Source: an uncultured Methanosarcinales archaeon
GTDB lineage: Archaea; Nanobdellota; Nanobdellia; Woesearchaeales; GW2011-AR9
DNA length: 64,000 bases
Assembly (NCBI GenBank): GCA_964344235.1
Contig: CAYFMJ010000003.1
Span: forward strand, 16,054-80,053
Reading direction: 5' to 3'
Numbering within the stretch: the first letter of the stretch is position 1; each line of letters begins with the position of its first letter. Positions 58,441 through 64,000 of the stretch are shown in pieces. The position numbers and the translations under genes are program-made. The notes under the pieces were generated by a model that saw only the letters and a program-made list of their open reading frames with translations, did no database searches and was not told the DNA's origin.

Positions 58441-58786
58441 AATTGGAATTGTATCTAAAGTCAAACCACGGGACAAAACTTACAGTGTTGCAGTAAACAA
58501 ACAATGGTTTGGTGGTTTCGGTAAGTGTCCTGTACTTGAAGGAGAAACAGTGAAAATTGAATGGAAGCAGAAAGGTGACTTTAAGAATATATTAAAAATA
58601 GAGAAAGTAGAACCTGTATTTCAAGATGAGCTACAACAAGCTCCTGAAATTGATTCTAGGATCAATGATATAAGGCTTCAGGTTTGTGTAAAAGCTGCAG
58701 CCGGAGTGTTTGCAGGAACAAAAATCAACCCATCAGAAATTGCTGAGTATTCAAGGAACTTGTTTAAGGAATTGTGGGGGAAGTAA
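58430..58786 (+). CDS. Hypothetical protein
   Basis: ORF overlapping its neighbours by a few nt. Confidence 0.35.
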   Translation: MPNEIGIVSKVKPRDKTYSVAVNKQWFGGFGKCPVLEGETVKIEWKQKGDFKNILKIEKVEPVFQDELQQAPEIDSRINDIRLQVCVKAAAGVFAGTKINPSEIAEYSRNLFKELWGK

Positions 58787-58787
58787 T

Positions 58788-58970
58788 ATGACTAAAGCAA
58801 CAGAAGAGCTAACAAATGAGAAACAAGACAGCATAAAATTAAGCAAGAATTCAAAGGGTTATGTCTGGGAAATCAAACGATATTACGATTTCTCAAAGAC
58901 AAAGCCAGAAGATGTAATTAAACAGCTTGGAGAGATAGATAAAGAGCTTAAAGAGAAATTTGGAGGTTGA
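58788..58970 (+). CDS. Hypothetical small protein
   Basis: ATG immediately follows the previous stop. Confidence 0.3.
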   Translation: MTKATEELTNEKQDSIKLSKNSKGYVWEIKRYYDFSKTKPEDVIKQLGEIDKELKEKFGG

Positions 58971-58976
58971 ATTATC

Positions 58977-59234
58977 ATGAGTGAATGGTTTAAGAAAAAG
59001 TTTCCTGGGCTTACTAGTGAAGTTGGAGAAGTGACTCAGAGAGAGTGGAAGGAGGCAAAGAAAGCTTACTTAGAATGGAAGAAACAGGAAATGTTGTCTC
59101 CGGAGAACATTGAAAAACATTGTCTTGATAAAGAGCTGGTAAGGAAAGCAGTGGGAAAATTAATTTTATTGAATCAAGAGGATCCAAAATTAAGAAAGTG
59201 GTACAATGTTATCACAAAAGAACTGGGCCTTTGA
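58977..59234 (+). CDS. Hypothetical small protein
   Basis: ORF only. Confidence 0.3.
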   Translation: MSEWFKKKFPGLTSEVGEVTQREWKEAKKAYLEWKKQEMLSPENIEKHCLDKELVRKAVGKLILLNQEDPKLRKWYNVITKELGL

Positions 59235-59403
59235 GAGCAAAAATGCGGAAACCGAAAAGCATAAATAGATGTACTACTTTACTCATTCTAGACATGCACT
59301 TAAAATTAAGTGTGTGTAAAAAGTAACGAAACACCACAAAAAAAGTAACGAAAACTGAAAAATGCCAAGCGTAACGGAAATGTGGGAACTCGTGAATTCT
59401 TAA

Positions 59404-59997
59404 GCAACGGAAATAGGCAATTATCGTGACTTTTTGAGTTTACCAATAATTCAAGGAGAACTTCGTATAAATATTGATGGGCGTTTTTTAGCAAGTCCCG
59501 ACAATGATTTCTTAGCTGTAATAAGGGATGATGATTAGAGAGTTGGTTGCTTATATGGCCAGGGAAGTAGGTTTTTTCGAGCTGGAGATTTTGGAAACCA
59601 AGAAGCTGCAAGAAGATATTTACAGGAGTTAGAACCCGAAGTCGCCAGGTTTTTTGGTTATGGAAGAAGGTTACCATGGCAAGTTAAAAAATTGAGAGAT
59701 TTGTCTCAAGGAAAGGATCTGCCACATGACCCCAAGATGGATGGTGGGAGTGATGTTGTTAGAAGAGAAACTATCGATACACTACTTCTAACCACAATTA
59801 TTTTTGAGACGGAGCCAGGGAAGAGTGCTTTTGCTACAGTTTATGCAACTCCCGCACCTCTTGAGCAAGGAGTAGTTGACAGAGGGTGTTTATATCTTGA
59901 CGTAGCACAGATATCTGACCCGGGAGGCATGCACATGCCTGCAGCTTCTGTATTTGAACGAAAGGCCAGGAGAAGGTGTATAAGAGAAGTGTGGTAA
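59404..59997 (+). pseudogene. Gene remnant at the island's right flank: one frame is open from 59404 to 59997 but is interrupted by an in-frame TAG at 59536-59538 and has no ATG (the track ORF 59692-59997 begins at TTG)
   Basis: Manual frame tracing. Composition resembles the left-flank ORF 44593-44856. Confidence 0.3.
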
Positions 59998-60037
59998 TGA
60001 GCATACATTTTTAAATCTTGAGAATCTCTTTAGAATC

Positions 60038-60697
60038 ATGCCAAAAAAGAGGTCTAAAGAAACTATTGTGGTGATGAGTGCCCACACAGATGATTTTGTA
60101 ATAGGGGCAGGTGGAACTATTCTAAATTATTTGAAAGAGGGGAAAGAAGTGATTGCCGTTGTTTTCTCATTAGGAGAAAAGTCGCATCCCTGGTTAAAAG
60201 ATGGTGTGATTAAAGATATTCGAAAGAAGGAAACGTTTGATGCGTTAAATATTATGCCCTGTAAGATTCGTTTTTTAGATTTAGGTGATCAAGCTATTTA
60301 CAAAGATTTTACAAAGCAGAAAAAAGTAAGAGAAAAATTGCAGAAAGTATTTGATAAAAAACCAACGAAAATTTTTACACATAGTAGTGAAGATCCCCAT
60401 CCAGATCACCGGGCGGTACACAAGATAACATTAGAGATGTATGAGAAGCTTAATGGGAAAAAAAAGCCAGAGGTGTATATTTACTCTGTTTGGAATCCAG
60501 TATCGTTTAAAACACAATTTCCATCGTTATATGTTAATGTGACGAAGACGTTTTTCAAGAAATTAAAAGCGTTAAAGACGTTTGAAAGTCAGAAATTTGC
60601 AGTTGTTTACCCAACGTTCTTACTGATGTGGCGGGCGTTTAAGGATGGGTTCAAAATCCGAACGTGGTTTGGGGAGCATTTTTTTAGGATAAAATGA
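60038..60697 (+). CDS. PIG-L/LmbE-family N-acetylglucosaminyl deacetylase
   Basis: SAHTDDFVIGAGGT (H.DD...G.GG) and HPDH zinc-site motifs. Confidence 0.7.
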   Translation: MPKKRSKETIVVMSAHTDDFVIGAGGTILNYLKEGKEVIAVVFSLGEKSHPWLKDGVIKDIRKKETFDALNIMPCKIRFLDLGDQAIYKDFTKQKKVREKLQKVFDKKPTKIFTHSSEDPHPDHRAVHKITLEMYEKLNGKKKPEVYIYSVWNPVSFKTQFPSLYVNVTKTFFKKLKALKTFESQKFAVVYPTFLLMWRAFKDGFKIRTWFGEHFFRIK

Positions 60698-61836
60698 CAG
60701 AGAAAGCAACGGTGTTAATGGTAGCGGATAGATATTTTCCGAAGGTAGATGGCGTGCTGATATTTATGGAAGAGTTCATGAAACGGGCCCAGGATTCGTT
60801 TGAGTTACGTGTGCTTGTTCCAAAGATGAAAGGAAAGAGTTCTAAATTCAAAAAAATTCCAACAGCGTACTTAGAAGTATCAGAGAAGTGGAAATTGGCT
60901 GGCTATCCAAGTATTAAATTCTCATCTAAGAATAGAACGGCGATTAAGAAAGCAGTAAAAGCAGCAGATATTGTGTTTGTGCAAGAGATAGCTCCGACAG
61001 GATATTATGCAGCAAAATATGCAAAGCGGTTCAAAAAGAAAAGTGTGTTATATATTCACAATACACATTGGGATTTTATTATCCAATATTTCTCACTCTC
61101 GCCATTACTTGCTGGTATTGTGAAACGGTTTTTTGTGAGGGTGTTCAATAAATTCTCATTGTTATTGTTACCATACCCTGATCTTGAAAGGGAAATGAGG
61201 GAGGCAGGTGTGAAAAGCCCATGCAAGATTGCTCGGTTGGGTGTTGATATTCAACGATTTTCTCCAGCTAAGGACAAAAGTGCAGCGAAAAAAGCAATAA
61301 AGTTAGATCCAACAAAAACAGTTGTAGGATATGTGGGCAGGGTTTCCACAGAGAAGAATATTCCTGTTCTCTTATCAGCGTTCAGAAAGTTACATGATCC
61401 AGAGAAATATCATTTGTTAATTGTCGGTGACGGTTCTCCAGAGATTATTGCAAAGTGTAAGAAACTGCGTAATTGTACCGTCACTGGGTTTGTGGAGAAC
61501 GTAGAGAAGTATGTAAAAGCAATGGACATTTTTGTGATGCCGTCGCGGACAGAAACTACGTCTTTGGCTACACTCGAAGCAATGGCGTCGGGTGTTGCAG
61601 TGATCTCTTCCCGCGTAGGGTTTATGCAGACGTATATTAGAAAAGATCAAAATGGGATGTTCTTCCCGAAGAATAATCCTGCGACGTTGGCGTTGAAAAT
61701 AGAGAAGTTACGGAAAGATGAAGAATTACGGGAAACGCTTGCAAATAACGGGAGGAGAATGGTTGCTTATAGCTTCTCTTGGGAGCGATCGATTAATAGG
61801 GTTATCAGGTTGCTGATGGATGTGTTTCATAAATAA
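60694..61836 (+). CDS. GT4-family (GT-B) glycosyltransferase
   Basis: C-terminal E..S.TE..SLATLEAMASGVAVISSRVG (EX7E-like). ATGA overlap with the deacetylase. Confidence 0.7.
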   Translation: MTEKATVLMVADRYFPKVDGVLIFMEEFMKRAQDSFELRVLVPKMKGKSSKFKKIPTAYLEVSEKWKLAGYPSIKFSSKNRTAIKKAVKAADIVFVQEIAPTGYYAAKYAKRFKKKSVLYIHNTHWDFIIQYFSLSPLLAGIVKRFFVRVFNKFSLLLLPYPDLEREMREAGVKSPCKIARLGVDIQRFSPAKDKSAAKKAIKLDPTKTVVGYVGRVSTEKNIPVLLSAFRKLHDPEKYHLLIVGDGSPEIIAKCKKLRNCTVTGFVENVEKYVKAMDIFVMPSRTETTSLATLEAMASGVAVISSRVGFMQTYIRKDQNGMFFPKNNPATLALKIEKLRKDEELRETLANNGRRMVAYSFSWERSINRVIRLLMDVFHK

Positions 61837-61920
61837 ACCCCATATATATCGCCCCCAGAGCATATAGATATAGAGCATAAACGAAACATTTAAAAGACCT
61901 TTACAACCGTTGTGATTTTC

Positions 61921-62157
61921 ATGGAAGACTTTCTATTAGATACAGGAAATGAAGAGACACCCTCCATCGAGGATGGCGCAGTAGACTCTTCAGAAGAAGC
62001 GTTCATGAAGGGCTATGAAGACGAAGGAAACGCAAAAGCATGTCCAGAATGTGGCATGGCCTTTGACGAAGGTGTGACAAAAGAGGTTGATGGAGAAGTC
62101 CAGACATTTTGCTCGACCGGATGTGCGGAAGATTACGAAGAAAGTCTTGGTGCTTAA
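61921..62157 (+). CDS. Small acidic TRASH-type zinc-ribbon protein
   Basis: CPEC-x19-CSTGC fits C-x2-C-x19-22-C-x3-C. Confidence 0.45.
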   Translation: MEDFLLDTGNEETPSIEDGAVDSSEEAFMKGYEDEGNAKACPECGMAFDEGVTKEVDGEVQTFCSTGCAEDYEESLGA

Positions 62158-62447
62158 TGCATTGAAAGGATCTCTTTTAATTCATCGGTTGGTTGCCAGG
62201 GTGGGTTGAATGTTATTTCAATCTCAACGTTTGCAACACCTGCTTCTTTCATTTTTTCTTTTAATGATTTTACTAACTCCGGCCCGAACGGACAGAACGG
62301 AGAGGTAAAGGTCATTTTAATCCACACGTTATTTTCTTCAATTTTTTTATCGTAAATTAACCCTAAAGTCCAAATATCAATATTTAATTCAGGATCTTCA
62401 ACTTGTTTACAGGCTTCGATAAATTGTCCTTCACTAAGCATGTGCAA
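62154..62447 (-). CDS. DUF59/MIP18-family Fe-S cluster assembly protein (SufT-like)
   Basis: VEDPELNIDIWTLGLIY motif. Confidence 0.6.
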   Translation of the reverse strand: MHMLSEGQFIEACKQVEDPELNIDIWTLGLIYDKKIEENNVWIKMTFTSPFCPFGPELVKSLKEKMKEAGVANVEIEITFNPPWQPTDELKEILSMH

Positions 62448-63165
62448 TCATCCCCGTAAAGCCTGTTTCTTCAATCTCATGTGCGAGGTCTGCATCTCCT
62501 TGTTTGATGATTTTTCCTTCATAGAGAATGCTCACTTCATCCGGTTGCAGGTACTCCAAGAAACGCTTGTAGTGTGTAATTACAATAATTGCCCTATCCT
62601 TCTTGACTTTGTTGATTCCTTCTGCGACAATTCTGATTGCATCGACATCAAGACCAGAATCTGTTTCATCGAGTAAAGCGTACTTTGGTTCTAATACCAT
62701 TAGCTGTAACATTTCTGCTTTCTTCTTCTCTCCACCAGAAAATCCGTCGTTAAGATATCTGCGGCTGAATGAAGAGGGAATGTGCAGTTCGGCCATCTTT
62801 TCTTTGAGAAGTGCGTGGAATTCTACCACAGAGTACGGTGTTTCTCGTTTGGTGTTGACTGCAGCGCGGAGGAATTTGCCGATTGTTACACCAGTGATAG
62901 CAGAGGGGTATTGAAATGATAAAAATAATCCTGCTTTCGCCCGGTCTTCTGGGGTGGCATGGGTAATATCTTTGCCATCAAGAAGTATTTGGCCTTCCGT
63001 GATGATATATTTAGGATGTCCCATGATTGCCTGTGCTAGAGTTGATTTCCCAGAACCGTTAGGGCCCATCAACGCATGGACTTTTCCAGGAGTAAATGTG
63101 AGAGAGATGCCTTTAATGATTTCGGTGTTATCAACGGATACATGGAGGTTTTTAATTTCTAACAT
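62434..63165 (-). CDS. sufC: Fe-S cluster assembly ATPase SufC
   Basis: ABC Walker A GPNGSGKST, signature FSGGEKKK, Walker B ALLDETDSGLD. Start trimmed to MLEIKNLHV. Confidence 0.85.
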   Translation of the reverse strand: MLEIKNLHVSVDNTEIIKGISLTFTPGKVHALMGPNGSGKSTLAQAIMGHPKYIITEGQILLDGKDITHATPEDRAKAGLFLSFQYPSAITGVTIGKFLRAAVNTKRETPYSVVEFHALLKEKMAELHIPSSFSRRYLNDGFSGGEKKKAEMLQLMVLEPKYALLDETDSGLDVDAIRIVAEGINKVKKDRAIIVITHYKRFLEYLQPDEVSILYEGKIIKQGDADLAHEIEETGFTGMIAHA

Positions 63166-63536
63166 AATGCACCTCGGACTGTTTTTATGGAAAGTGTTGC
63201 ACATTTCATTCTGGTGTGGCTAATAGGTATGCCAAGAAGTTCGATGATCGTTTGATCGCTGATTTGTTTTATTTGGTCTACTGTTTTGTTTTTGATATGG
63301 TCGGTTAACATAGAAATAGCTGCTTGACTAATTGCACAACCATGCCCGTCAAATGTTGCTTCTGTTATGATGTTGTTTTCTACGTGTAAGAAAATGGTAA
63401 TTTCATCGCCACATAATGGATTTAATTCGCGATGGGAATGCGTTGCATGTTCCAATGTCCTTTTATTACGAGGGTTTTTGTAGTGATCTAACACGTTCTC
63501 TTTGTACATTTCCTGTTCTTCTGTCACAGCCATCAT
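63159..63536 (-). CDS. sufU: SufU/IscU-type Fe-S scaffold (NifU-like N-terminal domain)
   Basis: NPLCGDEI ... DGHGCAISQAAISMLT cysteine ligand motifs. Confidence 0.75.
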   Translation of the reverse strand: MMAVTEEQEMYKENVLDHYKNPRNKRTLEHATHSHRELNPLCGDEITIFLHVENNIITEATFDGHGCAISQAAISMLTDHIKNKTVDQIKQISDQTIIELLGIPISHTRMKCATLSIKTVRGALC

Positions 63537-64000
63537 GCGAACACCACCTGCACTTTTTTGAGTGTGTTACATAATGCGTCAATCTCTTCTTTCGTATTGT
63601 AGAGGTAGAACGATGCTCTTGTGGTTCCAGGAAGGGTTAGTTGTTTCATCAACGGCATTGCGCAATGATGACCCGCCCGTACAGCAATGTTACTTCTGTT
63701 CAAAATCTCAGCAACATCGTGAGGATGGATGCCGTCAATGGTAAATGAGATAACAGGACCACGGTTTTCGGTCGTTGGTCCGACGATGGTGATTGATGGA
63801 TTCTCTGAAAGTTTCTGTAATGCGTACTGTGTTAGTTCTTTAGTGTGGTTTTCAAGTTCTTGCATACCAATAGTTTGTAAAAAATCAATAGCAGCTGCCA
63901 AACCGATAGCTCCAGCGATATTCGGTGTGCCTGCTTCAAATTTTGTTGGGGAAGTGGTCCAAGTTGAGTCTTCTGTCGTGACTTCGTGAATCATTCCACC
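63533..64000 (-). CDS. sufS: Cysteine desulfurase SufS, C-terminal part (N-terminus beyond the window end)
   Basis: RAGHHCAMPLM active-site Cys loop in a class V aminotransferase C-domain. The frame is open to position 64000. Confidence 0.75.
   Translation of the reverse strand, partial: GGMIHEVTTEDSTWTTSPTKFEAGTPNIAGAIGLAAAIDFLQTIGMQELENHTKELTQYALQKLSENPSITIVGPTTENRGPVISFTIDGIHPHDVAEILNRSNIAVRAGHHCAMPLMKQLTLPGTTRASFYLYNTKEEIDALCNTLKKVQVVFA

Larger units (their letters stand above)
44858..59438. mobile_element. Putative integrated mobile element or provirus-like island (~14.6 kb) bounded by inverted motif clusters
   Basis: The left-end cluster of motif copies (see the boundary-repeat finding) is mirrored in inverted orientation at the right end. 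Internal content is an integrase, ParB-MTase and MTase, a tail-fibre-like protein, membrane proteins, HEPN/MNT, and small zinc-ribbon or wHTH proteins. Confidence 0.55.

Noticed and set aside
59306-59677. Minus-strand ORF (123 aa) at the right island boundary
   Set aside because: It has a Leu/Phe-rich, stop-poor antisense appearance and overlaps the repeat cluster and the plus-strand gene remnant.

Overview
This 64 kb window is low-GC (roughly high-30s %) and probably archaeal, with a DPANN-like mix of archaeal and bacterial-type genes. Archaeal-type evidence: ThrRS with the archaeal N-terminal editing domain, an XerA-type tyrosine recombinase, a TrmB regulator, an NreA-like repair protein, Lhr- and Ski2-like helicases and a METTL5-like methylase. 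Bacterial-type genes (mutS, a long purA, a short-form adk, sufCUS) sit alongside them. Housekeeping content includes hpt, purA-purD-purB, mutS, thrS, adk, lhr and a SUF Fe-S operon (DUF59 protein, sufC, sufU, sufS partial). The rest is strongly accessory. The main feature is a ~14.6 kb integrated mobile-element or provirus-like island at ~44.86-59.44 kb, bounded by inverted clusters of a TTTTCGTTACTTTTTT-type motif. It carries a tyrosine integrase, a ParB-fused DNA methyltransferase plus a second tandem beta-class MTase, a 990-aa tail-fibre-like protein with three internal ~200-aa repeats, small membrane proteins, a HEPN/MNT pair, a protein with only the PEP-synthase N-domain, and several small zinc-ribbon or winged-helix proteins. 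Other accessory content includes a ~1.1 kb single-gene cassette flanked by perfect 53-bp direct repeats and a 14-bp inverted repeat, RelE/RelB-like and toxin-like/DUF2283 modules, a DUF2283-retropepsin-like protease operon, and a conserved ~45-nt element upstream of xerA and lhr. I also flag a purD/purB frame anomaly, a three-piece fragmented gene downstream of mutS, and several compositionally atypical (apparently more GC-rich) genes. No tRNA, rRNA or CRISPR array could be supported.
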